Assembly: GCA_038087875.1 (NCBI GenBank)
Contig: CM075985.1
Location: 36,270,001-36,334,000, forward strand
DNA: 64,000 nt
Direction: 5' to 3'
Source: Malacoraja senta
Lineage: Eukaryota
Positions 46,001 through 58,000 of this stretch are shown piece by piece (within the stretch, counting starts at the first letter, position 1; every line of letters starts with the position of its first letter). The notes under the pieces were generated by a model. The model was given only the letters and a program-made list of their open reading frames with translations. It was not told the DNA's origin and did not search any database. The position numbers were made by a program, and so were the translations under genes.

Positions 46001-49000
46001 TGCAAATTTTAAAAGCACAAGTTTTAATATTATTTTTATAAACTCGAACTGTCAATGGCAAACCATTCTTATGGTCACTATATTTAGTAAAACAATTAAT
46101 TTTATGGACTTTGTAACAGTCAACGGGAAAGGCACTGTCAAGGTCACCATGAAACATTATACTTCCCTTTCCACTTTTAAATCTACTTTTACGTAAACTA
46201 TCGGGCCTCTTCCAAATATCATCTTAGGTAGCTGAACATCAAATAATTAAGAGCACCCATGTAAAACATCCTAGGATGTTTCCCTACATTAAAGACATCA
46301 AAACACCCATATTCTTGAAAATAATTTTCACGATTTAGAAAATGTTCAAATTCATGAACACTTCCTTTTTTAAGGATATCACAGTGGCGCTGTGGGTAGT
46401 GCAGTTATCTAACTGCTCCAGTGATCCTGTTTCCGTCCTGATCTCCCACTGCTGTTTGATGGAATTTATATGTTCTCTGTAGCCAAGAGTGTTTTCCCTT
46501 GGGAACTGGTTACTTTGTGGATTGTCTATTATAAAATGTCTACGGTATACATGGATTATAGTAGAAGAATTGTTGGGGGGGGGGGGGGGGTGCTGTAATA
46601 GCTTACGGGTACAATAGCTGAAACGCTTTAGGGCGGCAATGTGGTGCAACAGTAGCTTTGCTGCCTTACAGCACCAGAGACGCAGATTCGATCCTGACTA
46701 CTGGTACTGTCTGTACAGAGTTTGTATGTTCTCCCTGTGACCGCTTGGGATTTATCCAGGTGCTTTGGTTTCCTCCTTCATCTCGAAGACGTGCAGGTTA
46801 GTAGGTTAATTGGCTTCAGTAAAATTGTAAATTGTCGCTAGTATGCAGGTTCGAGCTAGTGTTTGGGGATCAGTGGTCGGCACGGACTCGGTGGGCCTGT
46901 TTCCACTCTGGATCTCTAAAGTCTAAAGCATCTGCAGTACAGGTTGCCAAGAAATAAATGGGGGCACGAAATGATGGAACTGCAAGGCCAAAAAGCCTCT
47001 TCCATGTTGTGAGGAAATGAAAAATTATTTGTCATCTCTACTTCAGTAAGTTAACACGAGGAGCTAGTTTTCTGACATTCTGGATAAATGCACTTTAATT
47101 CCTCCCAAATCATTTCCTTACCTCCAACAGTAAAAGAGCAAGAAATTCAATCTTTTGGTGTGATGACATATTAATCAGATCATTTTCACTAAAGCAGTTC
47201 AGTTCAGAATCAGATGCCTGCAACAATAATTTTAATTTAAAAAACATTTACCAAAGAATGATCTCAATGTTCACCAGTAAATTACCAAGTACTGCCATTT
47301 AAAAAAAGCTTCCAACCATATAACAAAAATGAGATTCAAAACATAGGTACATGGATAGAACAGGTTTAGAGGGTGATGGGTCAAACGCAGGCAAGTGGGA
47401 CAGGTGTAGATGAGATATGTTGGTCGATGTGGGCAAGTTGGGCGGAAGGGCCTGTTTCCATGTTGTATGAATCTATGGCTCTATAACTCTGTAACACTCT
47501 TGATCTTTGAGACCAATCATGGTACATTTAATATGTAGCAAAGAACTGCAGATGCTGGTTTAAATCGAAGATAGACAAAAATGCTGGAGTAACTCAGAGG
47601 GACAGGTGACATCTCTGAAGAGAAGGAATGGGTGACGTTCCGGGTCGAGACCCTTCTTCCCTGGGACACCTGGATAAGAGAGACACCTACGTCAGACTCC
47701 TTCATTGACGACAGCTCTGCGTTTAACACCATTATACCATCCAAGCTCATCACCAAACTGACGGGACTTGGAGTCAACACTCATCTCTGCAACAGGATCG
47801 TCGACTTCCTGACCAACAGACGCCGATCATGGTGGATAGGTAACAAGTCATCCTCTACGATAATCCTCAACACTGGTGCTCCACAAGGATGTGTTCTCGG
47901 CCCCCTTCTTTACTTCTTGTACACCCGCGACTGTGCAGCCTTGCACAAATCTGATTAAATTTACAAATTCGCAGACAACACCACCATTGTGGACCGGATA
48001 TCAAATAATGAGTTGGAGTGCAGGAAAGAGATTGAGGACCTCGTGTCCTGGTGTTGAGACAACAACCTTTCTCTCAATGTCAGCAAGACCAAGGAGATAG
48101 TGATCGACTTCAGGAAGCGAAGCGGTACACATACCCCAATTTACATTGGCAGCGCCGAAGTAGAGATGGTTAAAAACTTCAAATTCCTAGGAGTAAATAT
48201 CACCAACGACTTCTCCTGGACCATCCATATTGAAGCAATGATCAAGAAAGCACACCAATGTCTCGACATCCTAAGAAGGCTTAGGAAGTTCGGCATGTCC
48301 CCAACAATCCTCACCAACTTCAACCGATGCACCATTATCGAGATGCATCGCAGCTTGGTTTGGAAACAGCTCCATCCAAGACTGCAAGAAATTGCAGTGA
48401 ATTCTAATGCAGACTCGACCATCACACAAACCAACCTCTCTTCCATTGTTCCATTTATACCTCACATGCCTCGGAAAGGCTAGAAACATAGTCAAGGACG
48501 AGTCACACCCTGGCCACTCCCTCTGTTCCCCTCTCCCATTGGGCAAAAGGTATAGAAGTGTGAAAATGCACACCTCCAGATTCAGGGACAGTTTCTTCCC
48601 AGCTGTTATCAGGCAACAGAACCACCCTACCACAACCAGAGAGCAGTACTGAACTACTACCACATTGGGGACACTCGGACTATCTTTGATCGGACTTTAC
48701 TGGCTTTACCTTGCACTAAACTAAGGTATTCCCTTATCGTATTTGTACACTGTGAATGGCTCGTTTGTAATCTTGTATTGTCTTTCCGCTGACGGGTAAG
48801 CATGCAACAGAAACTTTTCGCTGGACCTTGGTCACGTGACAATAAACTAAACTGAAACTATAAAAAAACTGAAACTGAGAAACTGTGATCATAATAGTGG
48901 CATGACACAGTGTCAAAGCTAGGAGAGCTGTTGCCTCCCAAGAACAGAGATCCCAGCTCAATCCTGACCAGAGGTCCCGTGTGGAGCTTGCACGTACTCC

Positions 49001-52000
49001 CAGTGACCGCATGGCTTCCTTCGGGTGCTCTCATTACCCTACATATCTCAAAGACATTGGGGTTGGGAGGTTAATTTGCCACTGTAAGTTGCTCTAGTGT
49101 GCAAGTGAATGATAGAATCTCTGGGGAGTTGATAAATACATGGAGAAAGTACACGGATATAAAAAAAAAAAATTGTTAAAAAAAGGTCTTATGTAGGATT
49201 AAAGTGCAAAGATTGGCACACACACACCTGGTTGGCCAAAGGGCCAGATGCCATGTGTAGGAAGTTAAAACCGAAGATGGACACAAAAAGCTGGAGTAAC
49301 TCAGCGGATCAGACAGCTGGATCTCTGGAGAATAGGAATAGGTGAAATTTCGGGTTGAGACCCATCTTCAGACCTGGCGTGAGGCCATGCTGCATGTTCC
49401 TATGAACAGTGTTGTCAGCATTTTCTGTTTTTGTTTCAGGTTCACAGTATCTAGAGTTGTTTTTTTAAACTTTCATTTTCAGACAGTCTAAGCACTTGCT
49501 TAATCATTAACTAAACATTTCACAAAGTTAACAAATATGGGGGGGGGGGGGGGATGACTGGTTTATTTTTATTTGACAGATCGATTTTACTCACTGCGAT
49601 CCACCGTTTACAGAGAGATCTGCAAGAGTCAGCCAAAGTGGTGTCGTAACTGCAAAACAAGTGCAACCATATATACTCTGATGAAAGGCAGTTTTAACAA
49701 GTCGTGAAATGAAAGTATTCAGAAAAAAAAACTAATAGTGTTTAGTGGGATATTTTCTTAAATAGAGAATTGAAAAATCATTGTTGTGCCTAATGTAAAC
49801 TGAGCTCCTGTACATGGATGGTAGACAAAAATGCTGGAGAAACTCAGCGGGTGAGGCAGCATCTATGGAGCGAAGGAAATAGGCAATGTTTCGGGCCGAA
49901 ACCCTTCTTCAGACTGTACATGGACTTTCAGTTGAAGATTTTGCACTACAACCAATCGATAAATGTTCGGCTAATTGTTAAAGAGCTTAAATTTTACTTT
50001 GAACGCTAAAAAGACAAAAATTCACTTCCACGTGGATTTGACAGAACCAGATTTCAAAATCAGGTAGCCTAATTTTTTAATTCTATTGACTCCAGCAACC
50101 CTTCGCTGACTACACCTGTTGAAGTTAACAGAAACCCCCATCAGTCTGAAGAAGGGTTTCGGCCCGAAACGTTGCCTATTTCCTTCGCTCCATAGATGCT
50201 GCTGCACCCGCTGAGTTTCTCCAGCATTTTTGTGTACCTGACTAATAGAAAGATCTATATCAATGTAATGCTTAACAAATTGCTTCATCCAGCATGCTCA
50301 CATATTTTCCACGTGCAAGTGATTAGAGAAATCTGGTAGATTGGTTCCTAAATTGGAGTACTTCCTCTACCAGAGCTGTCTGCCGACCACAAATGTTTCT
50401 CAATTTGTGTTGATTTAACTCCTAGATGACCATCTAATCACATATCTGCTCTAATCAGCAAGACTGTTCTACCCTAACATTGCCAAACTCCTACCCACGC
50501 TTAGATCATGTTACATGTATCATAATTGAAACACTACCTACCTCACCACCCCCACGTCTTCAGACTCACAATAATATCTCAATCTTAAAATCTTCATCTT
50601 AGTTTTAAAATCATTTCATGCACTTTCTTCTTCCTATCTCAGCCTCCTTCAGAAGTCTTCAACTTCTTGCACACTTAATTGTGGATCCCTGATTTTCACT
50701 GTTCCACCTTTGTCAGGTATGTTTTCAATTGCCCTTGGACTAAACACTAGAATTCCCTGGCAAACTCTTCTCAGTCTCAGAATTCATCTCTGGCTGATGC
50801 ACATTTGCAAATGCTCATGATGCATCTAGACATTTTGCTTTGTTCTTTATTTACAAGTTTCATTTACATATTGAAATGAATATTTTCCCTGGTTTTAGGG
50901 AAGTTTAAGTTATTTCCTGCCTGCATTAAAAAAAAATCCTTGCACAGACTAGTGGAAATGGAACTTTAAAATATAGCCCTCGCTTTATATTTTCTAAAAG
51001 TGAATGGATGCGTCATTCCAAAGCCTTTGAAGATCCCTTCGACATCAATAGCATACTATTTTGTGTAATGTAATGACATATTTCAAAAGCTAAAAGGAAC
51101 ACGATACAATAAACTTTATTCATTGCTATTAATTATCATTGTTGGCTGAATGCATCCTTTTAAAAAGATTAAAGGCTGCTCAAAATATCACAGTTCCAGA
51201 AATATTTCAATTGAGATTACAATAATTTAAAATGAACTGCTGGTTTTCCTGAAGTGAATAAATTATTGAAGTAATTGTTTTAATCACAGTTAATGTTCAT
51301 AAAAAAAAAAATGCCTTGGTTTAATTAATTACGACAAAAGACTACTCACTGTGGTGTGAATGGCGGTATCCCAGGAGAATGGAACCATGCATTCCAGTCA
51401 ACTTGATTCAAAACATCAGTCTGGTAAATAGTGAAATTATTAGTGGCATACCATAAATAATGCCTCAACTTCTCTCAAGTGCTACTTCAAACAATGCCTC
51501 AACTTCTAATATAGAAAAATATGTTCAAGAATTAAAATAATTAGTGCTATCTAGTCAGCGGAAAGACTAGACAGGATTAAAGGTTGAAGAGTGTGAGATT
51601 AGATTACAGGATTATTTTGGACTTGTAGGAAACACTGTTGGCTTTCCTGGTCCACAAGAAAACCTTCTCAAGGATTCACGTCTTCACACCATCTTTCATC
51701 TTCCAAGTTTACAAAAGCCTGGTCAACATTTGTTAATACTAACTTTCCAAACAAAACATGGACACTCAGCATTCTACAAGTGACCCACCCCAACTTTCTC
51801 TGTTGAACTACCTCTCATTTCACTGCTTGAAACCACCTAGAGATAAATTGGTTTCCTGTTTGACTGAACATTTGAATCTACATTCAAGCTATGCCCAGTT
51901 GTTCTTTAGGTGGAAGGAAGAGAGAGAGAATTAAAATCATTCTGGGTCACATTTCCTCAGCATGTTTCAGTTTAATTATAACTGGCTTGTCTCAGTACAG

Positions 52001-55000
52001 CTGTAATATGGAGTCAGAAAAAAAAGGTTTTTGATAGCAGCCTAAATGTCACAAAGCAGCATGGTTTTGGTTTTCCTGGACATTATTCTAACAAGGAAGC
52101 TCCTAAAGTCCTTATTCATCCCGACTCCCATTGTGGAGGAAGCAAAACCCACAGCAGAGACAGGGTAGACAGTGGCACAGAATTTGTAGACAGTCAAAAC
52201 CTTTTTCCCCAGGGTAGAAATGTGAAAGACTGACAGTCTTAGCTTTAATGTGATAGGGGCAAAGATTAAAGATGATCTTCACACACACACGCACACGTAG
52301 CTGCCTGGAATGTGCTGCCATGAGTGATGGTGGAGGCAAATACGATTGCAGCATTTAAGAGGCTTTTCGGTACATACAGGGATGTGCACGGAATGGTGGG
52401 ATACGGATCAGTTGCAGGCAGAGGAGATTAGTTTAACTTGGCATTACGTTTAGGATGGACGTTGTGGGTCAAAGGGAGTGTTCATGCGCTGTACTGTTTT
52501 GTGTTCTAGTAGTTGCTAAACAGGGAGATGCCTCCAAACTTCCAGTTCAGGAGTCAACTTTCATAGCAGGTTAATTTTTTGTTTAGAAAATCAATGTGTA
52601 GAATAATAAAACTTAATTTCCCAGACATTTTTTAAGTGGAGGGAGCACTAAGCACTTCTGTGACAACAAAATAACTTTTGCTGTAATATTGTTGTACAAC
52701 AATGCAGATATTTTTGGAACTAATGCAAGCTGCGTATTTTAATTCTGTAATGTTACACAGCAAACGGCTATAACAACTAGCCTATTCTAAGGCTATTCTA
52801 GAGACATCAAGTGAAACATGGAGAGGTGCTGTGAGATTCCAAAAGTTCCTTCAGTGTTAAAATGCGGTGAAGTAATGGAAATAAAAACAAAACTCATGCA
52901 TTAGTCAGCAGCTAACTTTCAGATTGCTATTTTAAGGGATCATTGCAATTTCACGTTGATAAAATGTGAAAATAAAAATGATCACAAACCATTCTAAAGA
53001 CATTCACCTTATTACAAAAATATGAACACAGGCAATTCTTCCAGTCTTCCGTGGTTATGCTGCGGTAGGCGAAAGTCTGAATGTAGAACTTGAGGAACCC
53101 CATGAAGATTTCTAGAAATATAAGTTGAGCAAATTGTTTTCAACTTAACTTAAAATACCCATTTAAGCAGCTGAATAGTTTTTAACATTGAGTATTTACC
53201 TGGCCCTCCAAGTAGCTCCTCCAAATGATAAAGTAAAGCAAAGCCCTTTTCATAAGGTACTGATGAAAATGCATCATCAGGGTCAATGTCACGGAGTTCA
53301 GGAACTAGACTGGTCAAAGGATTAGTCGGACCAAAAGTCTTAACCTAGTAGAAAGCATAGATTTTAATTGCATTTCTGAAGTTGATATTTACTATGTAAT
53401 GAAACAACACAGACCTTATTTATTCTTTACCCAGAAAACCAAAAGAAATTATATCTGTCTCAATGCATCAGTGATGTCACAGGATAAAGTATCAAGTAAA
53501 TGCCTCAGATTCGTACAGTTACCATTTGGAATCTGTTTAAAATACCTGTTAAAATGTAGATTTACCCAAGTAAAATAATTTAAGATTGTTACTTTCACCT
53601 AACTGGTTAATCTTCAGAATCAATTTTACTGGTGGAAAAACCTTGTAAAAAGCTGTGTTCATTATTGTGGTACATAATAAAATATACCACAAAAGAGCAT
53701 TATATCCAAGCACCTATTCCAGGTGCAACTATTTTTCCAGGATACAACTCTTAGGGTGGACTCTCTTCAGCTCAAGACAATCTATCTATCTATATACTTT
53801 TAAAACTCTCTGGCTGTCGTCCGTCTGTACGTCCGACGGCCTGCTTGACTTTGCCGCGCGGCCTTTGATACGGCCCCTGGCCCACGCGGCGCGCGGAAAG
53901 GCCCACGTTTTTCGCCATTTCCAAAGAGATGACATTTATCTTTACGAATAGCCACTCCTGATTAAATTCTGTCCTGTTTATGTACACGTTTTTTAAAATA
54001 AAATCCACCTCCCCCCAACCCCAATGTGATTTTCTCCGATTGTGTCCGATTTTCTCCGAAAACGACGCCATCTTTTCCCCCCCGATTTTTTCCAAAAACG
54101 ACGCCATCTTTTTTTCGCCGATTTTCACCCAGGGGTCTGAAGCACGTTCGGGGACAACACCCCGGGGTGTCATCCATCCCCCCACCAACCCCAATTTGAT
54201 TTTCTACCATTTTCTCAAAAAACGACGCCATCTTTTTTTCGCCGATTTTCTCCGAAAACGACGCCATCTTTTTTTTGCCGATTTTCTCCGATTTTTTCCG
54301 AAAACGACGCATCTTTTTTTCAGCACATTTTCATCCCGGGGTCTGAAGCACGTTCGGGAACAACACCCCGGGGTGTCAAGCACTTTCGGGGACCAGACCC
54401 AACGGGTCTGCACTTGGTATACTTTTAAAACTCTCTGGCTGTCGTCCGTCTGTACGTCCGACGGCCTGCTTGACTTTGCCGCGCGGCCTTTGATACGGCC
54501 CCTGGCCCACGCGGCGCGCGGAAAGGCCCACGTTTTTCGCCATTTCCAAAGAGATGACATTTATCTTTACGAATAGCCACTCCTGATTAAATTCTGTCCT
54601 GTTTATGTACACGTTTTTTAATAAAATCCACCCCCCCCCCACCCCAATGTGATTTTCTCCGATTGTCTCCGATTTTCTCCGAAAACGACGCCATCTTTTC
54701 CCCCCCGATTTTTTCCCAAAACGACGCCATCTTTTTTTCGCCGATTTTCACCCAGGGGTCTGAAGCACGTTCGGGGACAACACCCCGGGGTGTCATCCAT
54801 CCCCCCACCAACCCCAATTTGATTTTCTACCATTTTCTCAAAAAACGACGCCATCTTTTTTTCGCCGATTTTCTCCGAAAACGACGCCATCTTTTTTTTG
54901 CCGATTTTCTCCGATTTTTTCCGAAAACGACGCCATCTTTTTTTCAGCACATTTTCACCCCGGGGTCTGAAGCACGTTCGGGAACAACACCCCGGGGTGT

Positions 55001-58000
55001 CAAGCACTTTCGGGGACCAGACCCAACGGGTCTGCACTTGGTATACTTTTAAAACTCTCTGGCTGTCGTCCGTCTGTACGTCCGACGGCCTGCTTGACTT
55101 TGCCGCGCGGCCTTTGATACGGCCCCTGGCCCACACGGCGCGCGGAAAGGCCCACGTTTTTCGCCATTTCCAAAGAGATGACATTTATCTTTACGAATAG
55201 CCACTCCTGATTAAATTCGGTCCTGTTTATGTACACGTTTTTTTAATAAAATCCATCCCCCCCCCAACCCCAATGTGATTTTCTCCGATTGTCTCCGATT
55301 TTCTCCGAAAACGACGCCATCTTTTTCCCCCCGATTTTTTCCAAAAACGACGCCATCTTTTTTTCGCCGATTTTCACCCAGGGGTCTGAAGCATGTTCGG
55401 GGACAACACCCCGGGGTGTCTTCCATCCCCCCACCAACCCCAATTTGATTTTCTCCCATTTTCTCAAAAAACGACGCCATCTTTTTTCGCCGATTTTCTC
55501 CGAAAACGACGCCATCTTTTTTTCGCCTATTTTCTCCGATTTTTCCTGAAAACGACGCCATCTTTTTTTCAGCACATTTTCACCCCGGAGTCTGAAGCAC
55601 GTTCGGGGACAACACCCCGGGGTGTCAAGCACTTTCGGGGACCAGACCCAACGGGTCTGCACTTGGTCTAGTAATCTATAAATACATCATTGCTGCATAT
55701 CCCAAGGGATGCCCAGGAAATAGAATCAGACAAACTAGATACCTATTGATAATTATTATTAAATATACAAATGTTTTTGAAACACAGCAACTGAGTGCTT
55801 TTCTTAAAATTAATTTTAAGTAAAGCACTCAGTTGCAGTTAACTTGAAAATTAACTCCAAGGAGTTTTGGATGGAATAATCTTTGATAGATCTACATATC
55901 ACTTGGATCCAAGTGATGCTGATTCAATAAACTCTTGACCTTGAAATAACTACAATTCTGAAATTTAAAACGAACTTGTGCATAGGAAACTAAGTGTAAC
56001 ACACAGCAGAGTGCAGGTGCATCCATTTTGAAACTGCTTAGCACACACGCAAACACTGATTTTTACAGGTTTCCATCGGCAAACTCTCTCCCCTCACCCT
56101 CCTAACCCCCCCCACCCTCACACACACACAAAGCTCCCCAAAATGACTAATAAAAACTGTAATACAGTATACAGTGTACAACATTTATCTCCAGTCTGAG
56201 TCGCAATCACAAAAATAACACTCCTCTCAGATCAAATACTTTTTTACTAAGTAATTTCCCCTGAAACCATTCCAGTTAAGGGATAACAATCAATCTGCAT
56301 TTTGCCCTTTTTTGCCAAGCAACTGCACTATATCTGCAGTGGCCATCTGAAGCTCCCAAATGCAAACCATTTTAAATTGCCTTCCCATTACAACACCGAC
56401 CTGCCTGTTCTCAGCCTCCTCCTCCGCCAGGATGCAGACAAATGTTAACTACAAGAATAACACCTTATATCTACTATAAACCCATTGACTCTTAGTTATC
56501 TGGACTACACCTCCTCCCACCCTGCCTCTTACAAACACACCATCCTCTACCATCAATTTCTCTGTCTCTGCCACATCAGCTCCCAAGATGCGGCTTTCCA
56601 TTCTAGGACATCCGAGATGTCCCGTTTCTTTAGGAAACATAGTTTACCCCACTGCTGTCATACATGGATTCCTCACCCGCATTTCCTTTGCGTCCTGTGG
56701 TTCTGTTTTTGATCTCTCACACCCCTGACAGAACAAGGATAGCATTCCCCTGGTCCTTACCTTTCACTCCACCAGCCTCCGTATTCAACATATCATTGTC
56801 CAATATTTCCACCACCTTCACCGTGACCAACCACCAGTCACATCTTCCCATTCACACCACTTTCCACTTACTGCTGAGACCATACCCATCTCATCTCCTT
56901 GGTTCATTCATCCCTTTCCATTCAAACCATCCAAGCCCAGGTACTTTCCCCTGCAACTGCAGGAGATGGAACACCTCTCTTTATACTTTTCCCTCTCATC
57001 CACCCATGGACTGCAACAGTCCTTCCAGGAGAGACAGAGGATCACGTGTACGTCCTCTATCCTCATCCACTGCATCTGGTGCTCCCGCTGTGGCCTCCTT
57101 TACATCGGCGAAACAAAGCATAGATTAGGCGACCATTTTGCCGAACACGTGCTCAGTTTGTCAAGGCCTGCTGGATCTCCTAGTTGATAGCTTTTAACTC
57201 CCCTTCCCACATTCACCTTTCTGGCCCAGCCTTCATCCATTCCAGAGTGAGGCCACATGCAAACTTGAGGACCAGTACCTCATAGACTGCTTGTGTAGCT
57301 TTCAACCCAATGGAATGAACATTGAATTCTCCAATTTTAGTTAATTAACCTACAAACAACCCCCCCCCCTTTTCTCCCATCTTCCCTGCCCCACCTGGAT
57401 GCATACCCATTTTGCCCTTTCCAGTCCCCCATCTCCTTCCTCCTATATTCCTCTGGCTTCACATTTCGTGCCTCTTCTATCCTTACAATATATCTCCTTA
57501 TCTCACAATTTGTCTTTTCAGCTCTGGCCTTTGTATAACCATCTGCAAATCAAAAACCTCCCTCATCTGCACTGACCCATCACTCGCCAGACTTTGTCCC
57601 ATCCCCATCTCTCTTCCGTCTTCCTTCCCACTGCGCCCTAACGCCCATGATCAGTCTGAAGGAGAACCAAAATGTCGCCTATCCATGTTCCCTTGAGATG
57701 CTGCCTGGCCCACTAAGTTATTCCAGCAATGTCTTTTTTTTAAACCTTGTTTTCCAACTGGATAGTCTATAACTCAATGGTATGAACATTGAATTCTCCT
57801 ATTTCAAGTGGCCTGATCCCCTCTGTTCCTTTCTCTCTCCTTCTGATCTACCTGATCCATTCACACACCACCACCCAGGACCCTATCACCCAGTTTCTTT
57901 CTCCTTCCTCGTGTTCTCCAACTATCTATCATCCACACCTAGGCCATCGACCATCATCCACATTCTACTCGGGCTGCTGTCCTCACTTGGATCCACATAT

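Noticed and set aside
53655-55671. Many overlapping 80-200 aa ORFs on both strands
   Set aside because: They are by-products of a stop-poor tandem repeat, with low-complexity translations and no recognisable domain.
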